In this document: positions 25,630-38,374 of the stretch, one piece after another
How positions within the stretch are numbered: the stretch's first letter is position 1
Layout of the letters: every line of letters starts with the position of its first letter
NCBI GenBank assembly: GCA_036785375.1
Contig: JAWMAR010000001.1
Coordinates: 17,608,001 to 17,672,000 of the forward strand
DNA length: 64,000 nt
Direction: 5' to 3'
From: Leucoraja ocellata
Lineage: Eukaryota
Notes under the pieces: model-generated
Seen by the model: the letters and a program-made list of their open reading frames with translations, nothing else
Told to the model about the DNA's origin: nothing
Database searches by the model: none
Program-made: the position numbers and the translations under genes

Positions 25630-26860
25630 AGTAAGGACAAAGTGCTAGAGTAAATCAGCGGGCTAAGCAGCATCACTGGAGGACATGGATAGCCGATGTT
25701 TCGGGTCAGGCCCTTTCTCAGACTGATTATAGTAGGGGGGAGAAACCCGCAAGAGAGGTGGGGGCAGAACAAAGCCAGGTAGGTGATAAGTAAATATAAG
25801 GAACTGCAGAAGCTGGAATCTTGAGGAAAAAGAACAAAAGGAACTCGGCAGGTTAGGCAGTATTTCAGGAGAACCTGGATAAGCAACGTTTTGGGATGGG
25901 ACCCTTCTTCAGACTGATTCTAGTAGGAGGAATCAATTGGAAGAGAGGTGAGGTTGGAACAAAGCCAGGCAAGTGATAGATGGTTGTAGGTGAGAGAGGT
26001 TGATTGGCAGATGGGTGTATACATGCCAGAGATGAAAAAGAAACAAAAGCCTGTGAGGTAAGGAGTGAAGAGGCATAAAATGTGAGATCAGAGAAAGGAA
26101 TATAGGTGGATGGGGAAATGGGAGCAGGATAGTGGTAGAAAGTAGTGCACATCCAGGTGCAGCAGAGAGAAGAGTAGGGAAAGAAAAATTAGGCAGGTGG
26201 GAGTTTTGGTCAGCTACATGGGAAGCAGAGTTAAAACAGTTAAAAACAGGGAGATCCAGCAGGCCTTGGCGGACCAAGGGCATCTGTTTGGTGAAACAGT
26301 CATCTAGAATACCCTTGGTCTTGCCAATGTACAGGCCACATTGGGAGCACTGAATGTAGTAGATGAGGATAGAAGAGGTATATGTGAGCATTTAGAAACA
26401 AATACCTGCAAGTGCAGGTTTAATGCACAAAAAAATACAAAGTGCTTGAGTAACTCAAGGACCTTTGGGACGAAACTATTCTTCAGACATGTGAACCTGT
26501 CTCATCTAGAAGGGTTTAAGAAGGAACTGCAGATGCTGCAAAATCGAAGGTACACAAAAATGCTGGAGAAACTCAGCGGGTGCAGCAGTATCTATGGAGC
26601 GAAGGAAATAGGCTCCTTCGCTCCATAGATGCTGCTGCACCCACTGAGTTTCTTCATCTAGAAGGGCTGCCGGGGTCCTTGGATGGATGTGACGAAGGAA
26701 GTGGGGGGGGGCAGTAATTGGAAGGGAAAGTACATGGGGAGGGGGTGGTTTGGATGGGAAGAGGAGTTAAATTTGAATCCAGGGGAAAGGATATAGTTGA
26801 AGGAGGATGGGGTGAGAAGGGGAAAGGGGGAGGTAGGGCAGGAAAGGGGGGGGGTCACCA
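25630..26860 (-). mobile_element. Cluster of Penelope fragments
   Basis: Two degenerate minus-strand pLTRs with hammerhead remnants (~25695-25725, ~25884-25916) and LIYYIQCSQCGLYIGKT (GIY-YIG). Confidence 0.75.
26515..26653. mobile_element. Fold-back Penelope pLTR mini-insertion with 13-bp TSD
   Basis: TCATCTAGAAGGG at 26502-26514 and 26654-26666; internal inverted repeat GAAACTCAG...GCGAAGGA / TCCTTCGC...CTGAGTTTC. Confidence 0.8.
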
Positions 26861-27011
26861 TCTAGGTATATGCCTTCCTCTGGCCTCACATTTCATGCTA
26901 CTTCTTTCCTTATCTCAGTCTTTTCTCTTCATATCATCTATATCCTCTGTTCACCAATCTGCCATTCAATCCTCCCCTCACCTGTATGCCTGTATCCATC
27001 TATCACTTGCC

Positions 27012-27287
27012 TCAGTTTCTCATTTAAGACCGAAGTGAGAAAAAACGTTTTCACCCAGAGAGTTGTGAATTTATGGAATTCCCTGTCACAGGGGGCAGTG
27101 GAGGCCAAATCATTGGATGGATTTAAGAGAGAGATAGATAGAGCTCTAGGGGCTAGTGGAGTCAAGGGATTTGGGGAGAAGGCAGGCACGGGTTATTGAT
27201 AGGGGACGATCAGCCATGATCACAATGAATGGCGGTGCTGGCTTGAAGGGCCGAATGGCCTCCTCTTGCACCTATTTTCTATGTTTC
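27012..27287 (+). mobile_element. CR1 3' end
   Basis: FKTEVRKNVFTQRVVNLWNSL; 3' UTR GAAGGGCCGAATGGCCTCCTC. Confidence 0.85.
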
Positions 27288-28307
27288 CAATATTTATATA
27301 TTAATGTGATTTCATTACTATATCAATTAAATAGTTTTGCAAGTACCAATAATTGGAAGTATTCTATCTCAGGGCCAGTTTAAAGCAGGAAACACAATCA
27401 ATAAAGCAGGAAGCTCAATCAATAAACATGAGTGCTTGATTTAATGAATTCAAAAGAAACATGTCCAATGGGTCATGTTGTACTTGCGATCTTGGATTTA
27501 GCAATAGTCTAATCCCCCATGTCCAGGATAACATTACCACTGCCACCGATATCACTACCATCATTGTTGTCAAAACTCCTACTGGTATCACCCCATTATA
27601 ACTGTCACAATTATTATTATCTTCACTGCTATCACCAGTCACTAGTGTCATTGCTGATATTTCAGAAACAGAGCTAAGTGAATTTCATACACAAGTGGCA
27701 GGTCTAAGTGAAAATTCATGACTTGAAAGTCTATAAACATCTTCAGCTGCACAAGTGTCTCTCTTAACTAGCCAGTAAGTCCTGCACTTTAAATGTTTCT
27801 GTAATTTATTTCCCTGCCTTCGAGCAAGTGAAACAAAGTAACTAATCAGAAAAACAATGAATGGTCTTTTAATTCTTTTTATTACCTTTAATCACTTATT
27901 ACTCTTGTAATAGCAGTGTTTAAGGGGGAAAAAAAACATTTCCCCATCTGATTTTGCAGGGAGTTTGTTCCATTTCACTTACCGTTTTACTTAAGAGATG
28001 AGTTTTATATTTTGATCCACAAGTTTATTTTAACATGTATTTGATGAAAAAGTCTGACAGCTTACGTTCACCAAAAGGTCTTCTATTGTAATCCCAGGGT
28101 TCCTGTCACGTGAACATGCTTGCCACAGTTCAGTAGATTTTTCTGTCTACTTCAAGAGTCAAGAGTTTTTTAATTTATTTTTAATTTAGTTTATTGTCAC
28201 GTGTACCAAGGTACAGTGAAAAGCTTTTGTTGCGTGCTTTTATTGTCATATTCCCAAAACAGTACCTGCAAACACCTTGATAAGCAATAAAAATGGTTTC
28301 AAGATAT

Positions 28308-29780
28308 ATGCCTGCCTCGTTGAAGGGTACATCGAACAATCCCTGTTCCAGGTGTACATGGGCCCTATCCCCGAACTCTATCTCCGCTACATTGATGACT
28401 AAATTGGGGCTACCTCGTGCACCCATGCAGAACTCAAGGACTTCATTAATTTCACTACTAATTTCCATCTTGCACTCAAATTCACTTGGACCATCTCCGA
28501 CATCGCCTTACTGTTTCTTGATCTCATCGTCTCCATCACAGGAGATTGACTATCAACCAACATCTATTATAAACCTACTGACTCCCACAGCTATCTAGAC
28601 CACATGTCTTCCCATCCTGCATCCTGCAAAGACTATCCCCTACTCCCAATCCCTCTGTCATAGCCACTTCTGCGCCCAAGATGAGGTGCTCCATACCAAG
28701 ACATCTGAGATGTCCTCATTCTTTAGAGAATGGGGGTTCCATCATAGATGAGGCCATCGCATGGGTCTCCACTGTATCTCGCAACTCCGCTCTTGCTCTC
28801 CCTCCCCCCAATCGCAACAGGGACTGAGTCCTCCTAGTCCTCACCTTTCCCCCCATCAGCCATCGAATACAACATATAATCCTCGGACATTTTTGCTACC
28901 TTCAACGAGATCCCACCACTAGCCACATCTTCCCATCTCCATCCCTTTCCGCTTTCCACAGAACCAGTCCTCTCCACAACTCCCTGGTTAACTCATCCCT
29001 TCACATCCAAACCATCCTCTCCCCAGGCACTTTCCTCTACAACCGCAGGAGATGCAACACCTGTCCCTATACCTCCTCCCTCGACTTCGCCCAAGGAGCC
29101 CAACAGTCCTTTCAGGTGAGGCAGATGTTTAACTTGCACCTCCTCCATCCTCATCTACTGTATCCGCTGTTCCAGGTGTTGACTATATATCGACGAGACC
29201 AAGTGCAGGCTTGGCGATCATTTCGCTGAACACCTCCGCTCACTCCACCTAGACCTATGTGATCTCCCGGTTGCTAAACTTTAACTCGCCCTTCTATTCC
29301 CATACTGATTTTTCTGTTCTGGGCCTCCCACAGTGTCAGAGTGAAGCCCAACACAAATTGGAGGAACAGCTCCTCATATTTCACTTGGGCAGCTTACAAC
29401 CCAGCAGTAAGTTTATTGACTTCTCTAACTTCAAGTAATCCTTGCTTTCCCTCCCTCTCCATCCCAACCCTATCCCAGTTCGCTGACTAGACTGACTGTC
29501 CTGATTAAATTTTACTGATTGTATGCCTTGTTGTCCTTCAGCTAACAATGATCTATTCTACATTTTCTTTGAACTTCGTCCCCTTTGATCCCTCGTTTGC
29601 ACACTTTACCCTTCCATATCTCTATGTCTCCCTTTCCCCTGACTCTCACTCTGAAGAAGAATCTCGATCCGAAACATCATCCATTCCTTCTATTCAGAGA
29701 TGCTACCTTCCCGCAAAGTTACTCCAGCATTTTGTATCTATCTTCGGTGTGAACCAGCATCTGCAGTTCCTTCCTACAAA
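28308..29780 (+). mobile_element. Penelope-like (Neptune-type) RT C-terminus, GIY-YIG and pLTR; decayed
   Basis: Colinear with 15650-16990 (YLRYIDD at ~28379); ends CCAGCATCTGCAGTTCCTTCCTACA. Confidence 0.88.
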
Positions 29781-30277
29781 CTAGATTTCACTGTTGTTCA
29801 ATCAAGTGGCAGTCATCTTATGTTTCTCGTACATCTGTATCCCTAGGCATCTCTATTAGATCTGGCAGAGGAGCAATAAACAATGGTTGCAATCTTCTGC
29901 AAGGAAAATAGATCTGAATACCCAATCTCCAACTACTAATGTTACATAGCCATGTTACATAATAAAAAAAAATTGCTGGCTTTAACCTGGTTTATTCTCA
30001 AGTGAAGTTTGATCGGTGATGCAGAACATATTATCTCATATGCGACACATCAGGCCAAGTCATCAAACGTGATGGTTAATACAAGTGCTTTTCTTTTCCT
30101 TTCAATTTGGAAAATGTGGCACCGTATATTGCTCAAATTTCATCTTGAATTTGAGCAAATAAGCCTTTAAATTTAAATTGAAACACAATATATATGAAAC
30201 TAAAATCTAGTCAACAAAGAACCAATAGCACTCTGGCAGTTTACGTTAACAATTTTTGTGACAATTAATGCTTTGTA

Positions 30278-30736
30278 ATAGTGTCATAGAGTCATGGAAA
30301 CAGGTCCTTCGGCCCAACCACCCCATACCGGCCAACAAGCCCCAGATACACTATTCCCACCTGTCCGCATTTGGTCCATATCCCTCCAAACCTGTCCTAT
30401 CCATGTACCTGTTGTTTCTTAAATGTTGGGATAGTCCCTGCCTCAACGACCTCCTCAGGCAGCTTGTTCCATACACCCACCACTCTTTGTGTGAAAAAGT
30501 TACCCCGCAGATTCCTATTAAATTTTTCCCCCTTCATCTTAAACCTATGTCTTCTAGTCCTCGATTCACCTACTCTGGGCAAGAGACTCTGTGCATCTAC
30601 CCGATCTATTTCTAATGTGATTTTATACAACTCAATAAGATCATCCCTCATCCTCCTGAGCTCCAAGGAATAAAGTCCCAGCCTACTCAACCTCTCCCTT
30701 TAGCTCAGACCCTCTAGCCCTGGCAACATCCTGGTA
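30278..30736 (-). mobile_element. CR1 3' fragment
   Basis: RLGLYSLELRRMRDDLIELYKI...FFTQRVVGVWNKLP. Confidence 0.88.
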
Positions 30737-30776
30737 ATATGGAACTAAATTTCTTCTGGGTATTAGGGCTCATATA

Positions 30777-31848
30777 TCTATACATAACTAAAACTCTGAT
30801 CTTGTTATCTTCCGGTTTGCATGGTCTTTCTATTTGTGCAAAAACGGTTCGCGATAGCACTACGATTTTTGCCAGTTCACTCCCCGTTCTCCTGTGCTGC
30901 GAGTGTATCAAGTTTCGTTCCGATCGGTTGAATGTTGTAAAAGTTAACGAGGTTTAAAAATCTTAAAAACCGCATGTGCGCTGATCGATCTCTTCTCCTG
31001 CCAGTCAGCATCGCGCGGATTAGTTTATTTCCCTGTCACTCCCCGGGACGGTCCGCCCCTTCCTGCGCCATCGCGTCTTTACTGGAGCTGAGGATGGCCG
31101 GCAGAGGTTTCCAACCGGACCCAATTTTCGGAGGGACCCGAAGCAGCCCAGCCCCAAGCAGCCCTGCGTCGGAGATCCAGCCCAACATCGGAGATCCAGC
31201 CTAGCATCGGAGACCTGACCCAACCCAGCTTCGGAGACCCTGCCCAGCCCAGCCCAGCATGGGAGATCCAGCCCAGCCCAGAGTCGGAGACCCAGCCCAA
31301 CCCAGCCCAGAATCGGAGACCCAGCCCAGCCGAGAGTCAGAAACCCAGCCCAGCCCAGCCCAGAGTCGGATACTCAGCCCAGCCCAGTGTCGGAGATGTT
31401 ACCAAACAGAAAGCGGAGACTCTGATCCCGGCGGAGGAGAACGACCAGTGACCAGCGCCCACTGTGAGTCCATCGCACCGCCAATTTCAGCCACTACCCC
31501 TCTGGTCCCCCTTGCTGGCTCCTCCCCCCCCTCTCCCGTGATACTGCCTCTGTCCCATGGCTCTTTCTCGTCTTTTCTACAAGCTCACAATCCCCCCCGC
31601 CCCCATAACCCCCCTTGCCCCCACAACCCCCCTTGCTCCCACAACACCCCCCCCCCCCGCATCGACAATCACCACCCCCCCCCCCCCCCCCGCAACCCCC
31701 CTCCTTGTCCCCACAACCCCGTTGCGTTGGAAGAACGGGTTGCGTTGGAGGAACGGGCGAGTAGTGGAATATTGCATTGGGGAATGGGTTGTGTTGGGGG
31801 AACAGGCCTCCCGTGTGACTGGGACCCAATGGGTCCCACTTAGTCTAG
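30777..31848 (+). mobile_element. Complete non-autonomous Helitron
   Basis: 5' A|TC start; 3' hairpin TGGGACCC-AAT-GGGTCCCA (31820-31838) followed by CTAG|T; no TSD; internal GGAGACCCAGCCCAGCC and C-rich minisatellites. Confidence 0.85.
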
Positions 31849-32339
31849 TAACTGAATAAAATTAAAATAATTATTGCCAATTCAAAAGCACACATCCTAC
31901 CCTGTTAAAATGTTCATTCCTATGGTCAAATTAACCATTTTCCAAACATCACTATAAACTCCTTTAACAACCGCAGCATGTCCATTTTATGCATGGTGCT
32001 GTCATATCTTTTGAATTGTTGAATCCATACCTCACAGAAGCACAAGACCTGATTACGGCACTGGATCAAGCTGGAGAATAGCCACACACATACCAGACAC
32101 ATACCACTGCTTATCATTCCCCCAGATTTGCTTTAAGGCCTAACACCAGCTGCAGAAATTGCATGAAACTCCAAACGTGATATCTTACAAAACCCACTCT
32201 AGCATATGAATAGGTGTGCGAAATACCATTTTGTTACTTTAATGTATTTTTCCATTGTTACATTTTTTTAATTGAAAATTGAGCAGGTATTAATGGCATC
32301 ACAACACATGAAACGAGGGTGAACTCCAATTTCCAGGTG

Positions 32340-32789
32340 CAGGTCCACCACCGATTTTCTAGCACCCTTGGTTCCAGAACCCTGCTAGATTATCTGTTTT
32401 GGTGGACCAACAAAGATACCGGCCCGCAAAGACGGCCGCAGATGTCGGCAATGGGAACAGATCTGCCGGCTTTGACTGGACCGGATTTCAAGGGCCCAGG
32501 CTGCAGGGGGCAAATTTGACCCATCGATCGGACACAGAGGTCGACAGTGGGAACAGATTCGTTGGCTTCGGCTCGGCCGGAATTCCAGAGCCCCGGCCAC
32601 AGGGGGCAAATTCGACCCGGTGATTATCACGCAAGTCCCAAAAAGATTGCCCGCCTCACCCAGCCTAAGCACTAGATTTTCAGGGGGACCTGCAGGGCAG
32701 ATTTCAAGTGTGCTCTTGCAATTTTGTCCACATTAAAAGACATAAAATTAAAAGCATTTCCGGTTGCCGGAAAATCGATGGTTCACCTG
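32340..32789. mobile_element. pogo/Tigger-like MITE
   Basis: Imperfect TIRs CAGGTCCACCACCGATTTTC / GAAAATCGATGGTTCACCTG, right flank TA; two internal ~85-bp imperfect direct repeats (TGGGAACAGAT...CAGGGGGCAAATT). Confidence 0.6.
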
Positions 32790-32869
32790 TACTTCTTTCT
32801 TATTACAACTTCTAACTGTGTTCCAGATTAAATCGTTTAGGAACATATGGGAAGGGAATTTAAAAAAAA

Positions 32870-33684
32870 TTGGTGAGATAGATGACAAATAGTAAAGGGC
32901 CCCACACCGATCCATGAGGCACACCACTAGACATGGGCCTCTGGTCCAAAAAACAACCTTCCACCACCACCCTCTGCTTCCTACCATGAAGGCAATTCTG
33001 ATTCAATTAGCTAGCTCTCCCTGCATCCCACATATTTAACCTTCCAGAGCAGCCTACCATGCAGACCTTATCAAAGGCCTTGCTAAAGTTCAAGTATACT
33101 GTGTCTATGGCCTTACTCCTCATCAAGCTTCATGGTTATTTCTTCAAAAACTCAGTCAAATTCCTGAGCTACAATCTCTCCTGCATAAAGCCACGCTGAC
33201 TATCCCAAATCAGTTCCTGTCATTTTAAATGCATGTATATCTTATAGAAACATAGAAACATAGAAAATAGATGCAGGAGTAGGCCATTCGGCCCTTCGAG
33301 CCTGCACCGCCATTCAATATGATCATGGCTGATCATCCAACTCAGTATCCTGTACCTGTCTTCTCTCCATACCCCCTGATCCCTTTAGCCACAAGGGCCA
33401 CATCTAACTCCCTCTTAAATATAGACAATGAACTGGCCTCAACTACCTTCTGGGGGACCTGCAGGGTCTGATTATCCCTCAGAATCTTCTCCAGTAACAG
33501 CTACAGATGTTAGGCTCGCTGGTCTATAGTTCCCAATTTTTTCTTTGCAGTCCTTCTTAAATAGATTCACAACGTTAGCCATCCTTCAGTCCACTGGCAC
33601 TTCACCCGCATCTCACGATGATTCATGTATCTCAGCCTGGACTCCTACAATTTAATCTCTAACTTCCCACAGTGTCCATGGATA
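32870..33684 (-). mobile_element. CR1 RT fragment with a younger CR1 3' end nested at 33246-33451
   Basis: Minus-strand VVVEGCF and NYRPASL; the nested piece has an (AGAAACAT)n tail and TTAT on both sides. Confidence 0.75.
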
Positions 33685-33686
33685 TA

Positions 33687-34748
33687 CATCCTGGTGCAAA
33701 TTAATTGAATCAAGCATACACTCAAATATAACAATATACATGTCGGAAGGCTTATTATTCACTATCATCGCATTATGATGCCAGTGTACATTATATGTCC
33801 ACCATGCTCTTTGTCAAGTCATTAACACAATGTAACTTTGAATCGACCAGATTCTGACAGTTTCCGAGGATTTTTTCAGCACGATACTACAGCTGAATTA
33901 GGGCCTCAATGAGCTTCTGTCTCAAGGTACAGTCATTTCCTTGATAATTGACCATAAATTCTCAATTGGATTCAGGTCAGATGAGTTACCAAGCCAATCT
34001 AAGACACGTATCCCCTTCTGCTGTAAAAAGTGGGTCACCATCTTTGATGTGTGGCACAATGCCAGATCATGCTGGAATATCCCAGATCCATCTGGAAAAA
34101 TCTTTATATTTTAAGGCCCATTGGTATAGATTCTTCTTCATAGCAGCAGTTAAAAGTTATTTTTTTCACAGGTATATGACCAACCTCAATGACGTGGAGG
34201 CACATGGTGCTTGAGCTTATTGAGACTACCGCTGCCTCCGAATCGTTCTTCAAGGCATTGCTTGTCTTTCTTGGATCCTTCTTAATTTCCAAAATCAGCA
34301 AAGCCTCATCTCATGGAGTCATCTTCCTGCTGTGGCTGCACCTCCCTGACCTCTTGGATTATAGAGATTTGGTTTTAGACCTTTGTTTGACAATCCTAGA
34401 TACAGAAGCTTGGCTCACCTCCACAAATTTTGAGATCTCTCAGTGTAACTTCGAGCAATGTTGATGCAAGGTTATGATCTTAGTTCACTTCCTTGGAGTT
34501 GCTGTAAAACACATAATTTTTTTCTCTATGCTACTCTAGGATGATGCCTATATTGCATTATCCATCTAACTGAAGGCAAATTTCATAGAAATCACTGGAG
34601 ATGTGTTCCCAGAGAAAGAAAAATGCCCAGAACTTTATCAGAGAGATTTCAGGTTTCACAAAAATGTAAGAACAAATGGTGGACATAGAAACTCATCATA
34701 TGAAAAAATTCAAAATCATCCATGATTCAAATAATTTGCACAAGGATG
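33687..34748 (-). mobile_element. Tc1/mariner DNA transposon relic
   Basis: 25-bp TIRs CATCCT(G/T)GTGCAAATTA(A/T)TTGAATC with 2 mismatches, TA on both flanks. Minus-strand transposase remnant IKKDPRKTS..L...EAAVVSISSSTM and an IVP.IKDG motif. Confidence 0.85.
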
Positions 34749-35569
34749 TAGCTGATGAGGCCCGATATTTATCTACCTTTTCTAGTCTCAGGATGATTCT
34801 TCTCGACTGCAATGCAGACTGTCCTCAAGACATTTTCCATTAACTTTCCCAAGTTCACTCGTCTGCAGGTCTTTCTCCACAGTAAAAAAAAAGAGAAGAA
34901 ATAGTCATTGAGGACCTTGCCTCAAGTGAGATAACATAGAACTATTGTGAATGAGAGATTGATGTCGGCAGTGGGCTGAAGGGCCTGTTTCCATGCTGTA
35001 TCTCTAAAAATAAAAATAAAATGTAACTCCTTTCCATAATGCTTTTAGGCTTCTGGATAATCCAGAGGTCTTCCAGCTGTAGTTCCAGTTCCCTCACTCG
35101 ATCAGTCAGGATCTGCAGCGGGACACACTTCCCACATGCTCAAAATAGCTTCTCCAGAATCCAGATGAATGCCTACAATAAGTCCGCAATAATAGCATCA
35201 ATCTAAATTCAAGTGTCAATCTTATCCTGATCTCCACAACAAATTCAATTTCTCAAACATAACTTAGTCTTAACAAAAGCACGTGGGCTTTCTAAACAGC
35301 TTATCTTTCACTTCAAATGCTCAACCATTCTGTCCCTAATTGGCTGGTTTTGGTTGTTTCTCTGCAGCTGATGTTAAACTTATATGTCTAGAAAATGGCT
35401 TGTGCGCCATGATATTTTTCAGAGTATGCAATTGAATGTCAATGTTTTCAGGCATAAATCCCAAAAGATTTGTCACCCTGCATAATTCGCGCAACTGGCA
35501 AACATCAATCTTGCAATTCCAGGCAGATAATATACTGGTGAACTTCAAACATTTAGTACATAGGATGTG

Positions 35570-35990
35570 TACATAGAAAATAGGTGCAGGAGTAGGCCAG
35601 TCGGCCCTTCGAGCCTGCACTGCCATTCAATATGATCATGGCTGATCATCCAACTCAGTATCCTGTACCTGCCTTCTCTCCATATCCCCTGATCCCTTTA
35701 GCCATGGGCCACATCTAACTCCCTCTTAAATATAGCCAATGAACTGGCCTCAACTACCTTCTGTGGCAGAGAGTTCTAGAGATTCACCACTCTCTGTGTG
35801 AAAAATGTTTTTCTCATCTCAGCCCTAAAGGATTTCCCCTCTATCCTCAAACTGTGACCCCTTGTCCTGGACTTCCCCAACATCGGGAACAATCTTCCTG
35901 CATCTAGCCTGTCCAACTCCTTAAGAATTTTGTAAGTTTCTATTAGATCCCCCCTTAATCTCCTAAATTCTAGTGAGTACAAGCCGAGTA
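35570..35990 (-). mobile_element. CR1 3' end (young subfamily)
   Basis: LGLYSLEFRRLRGDLIETYKILK...FFTQRVVNL; nearly identical to 33246-33451. Confidence 0.88.
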
Positions 35991-36854
35991 CAATACCATT
36001 ATCCATCAAATAATACTCATTTGGAGAGATCGTAATTTGAACAGGGTCAAGCTTTTCTGTTTTAGTAACTTTATTGACTCCTTATAGAGACCCATGCCAT
36101 CTACTGCAGCTGTTAAACTTAAAGGACCCCGAGTGAGGTGTACTTCAGTTCTACAATTGCTACTTCTCTAATATAGACGAGACATGCCTGGGTGACCTGA
36201 AAAAGGACAAGAATGGTTTATGTTCATGGACTGTATACCCACCAGGTACATTAAGCAGCCAAAGTCTTGTATCTGGTTTTCCAATTAGGAATTCATCGCA
36301 AGGCTAAGGTTTTCTAAGACATAGTTCTAGTGCACACTCATGTCCTGACCACTAAGATTAATAACACTTGAAGTTTTCTGGACTTTGGAGGTTCCAGGTG
36401 GTGGCAAATTATTTATGCTATATATCCTCTTTTTCTGTGCATTGCAGCAATAGAGTATTAAGGCAGAGGTAAATACAATTTTACCATTGAATGGACATGG
36501 TCAAGATGGAAACATAAAGATTGAAAAGGATTGCAAACTTCCTGAAGGTTCAGGGAATAATTGGGACGCTTTTGGGACTTCAGCCTTCCGTTCGAAACCC
36601 TGAGCTATCACTCCTTGAACTCAAAACTAGTCATGATAAATTATGAGAAAAAAATCAACTATCACATCAGATGGAAGGCTGGAATTTGCAGGAAAAGGAA
36701 TAGTGCCTCCTACCTTGGCTGTTAACTCCTATCCACTCTGCAGCAGCAGTGTTTTCATAGGGATTGATACATGACCACTTTGAGGCTAGTTAGGAGACCC
36801 ATTCAAGTCTGCACAATGAGACTCTGGGGTCTGTAGCACTCATGTGCATACTTA

Positions 36855-37462
36855 AGCCCCTGTCCCACTTACGTGTCCTTGGCACGCTAATTACGCGACC
36901 TCGTGGTCGCGTTGAGGCGCGACGGGCCCGCGAAGGTCGCCCGCGACTTCATGCGTCCGCACAGCCGTCTAAAGCACGTGACGTCATTTGAAGATGGACA
37001 CAAAATGCAGGAGTAACTCAGCGGGACCGGCAGCATCTCTGGAGAGAAGCAATGGGTGATGTTTCAGGTCGAGACTCTTCTTCAGTCTGAAAGAAGGGTC
37101 TTGACCCGAAATGTCATCCATTCCTTCTCTCCAGAGATGCTGCTGGTCCCGCTGAGTTACTCCAGCATTTTGTGTCTGTCTTCAGTTTTCTTGGCCCTGC
37201 TCTGGGAGTAGAAGTGGGGGGCGGAGTCGGACCGCAACGACCGTGAGCCCCAGGCCGAGCTTGGCGATCGTTTGTCTGCTTCTGCTGCTGTTGGAGGTGA
37301 GACGTTGCGTCACGCCAGGGTCTTGGGCTGTCAGTTACGCCATACCCCTCCGCGCTTCTCAGTGGGACCGGCCCCGCCCGGCCACACGATGCCCGTGCGC
37401 CTCAATGCGATGAAGAGGTCGCGTAATTTGCGTGCCAAGGACACGTAAGTGGGACAGGGCCT
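36855..37462. mobile_element. PIF/Harbinger-like MITE with ~48-bp TIRs and an internal Penelope-derived palindrome
   Basis: AGCCCCTGTCCCACTTACGTGTCCTTGGCACGC..TTACGCGACCTC and its near-perfect inverse at ~37415-37462; T(T/A)A flanks. Confidence 0.8.
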
Positions 37463-37986
37463 TAAGGCACTATCTGTTGCAAAATTGGCAGCAGAGGAAC
37501 TAAGAAGGGGTGCCAATGCATGAGGCCCTCCTGTGGAAGGAAGATAAATAGCAGATGGAGCAGAAGACTCTTCTTCAGATAGAGCAGAAGAGCATCGGGA
37601 CATCAACATACAGTCCACATTGCAGCAACAACCAATCTTCTGGAGGAACTCAGTGGGTCCAGCAGCGTCTATGAATGGAAATAAGTGGTTGATGCTTTGG
37701 GTCAAGCCAGAATCAAGACTGAGAATGGAGAGGAAAGGTTGCTAGCATATAGAGGAAAGGTGGAGTGATGGGACAGAAGTGAAAGGTGATTGCTCGACCA
37801 GAGAGGGATGAAGGATATGAAACCAGGTAGACGATGGATGGAGGCGGACATGGGAGAAAAAGAGAGAAAAAAAGAAAGCGGACCCAGGTGAAGGGTTAGG
37901 TTGAAGGTTGAGATAGCTGCTCGAAGGTGAATAACAGAAACACAAAGACTGCCAGTGCTAGAATCTGATAAACAAGGAAGGTGTAA

Positions 37987-38307
37987 AGGGCCTGTCCCAC
38001 GAGCATGCGACTTGCATGCGGCGAGTGCGACCAAACCAGAAGTGGGGGCCGCGCGGAGGTCGAGTGACGTGAAGTTCGAGCGAAGTACGGCGTCGAGGCC
38101 GTGCATATGGCGTCGAGGCGGCCGCGCGGAATTCAGACCCAAGCCGGATCATTTGTCGGAGCCCCGCGCGATGTCGAGACCGGCCCCGCACTACTCCATA
38201 CGACTCCGGCGATTGAAGTGGGACCGGCCCCGCGAGGCCGTACGGCTCAAACGACCACGTTAGGTCGCGCTTGCCGCATGGAGTCGCATGCTCGTGGGAC
38301 AGGCCCT
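37987..38307. mobile_element. PIF/Harbinger-like MITE inside a minus-strand Penelope fragment (~37615-38370)
   Basis: TIR AGGGCCTGTCCCACGAGCATGCGACT / AGTCGCATGCTCGTGGGACAGGCCCT; TAA and TTA flanks. Confidence 0.8.
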
Positions 38308-38374
38308 TTAATGGAAGAGCTGATTGGCAGATGGAACAGAACCAGACGGAGGTAGGTAAGATCCCAACTTCCTT

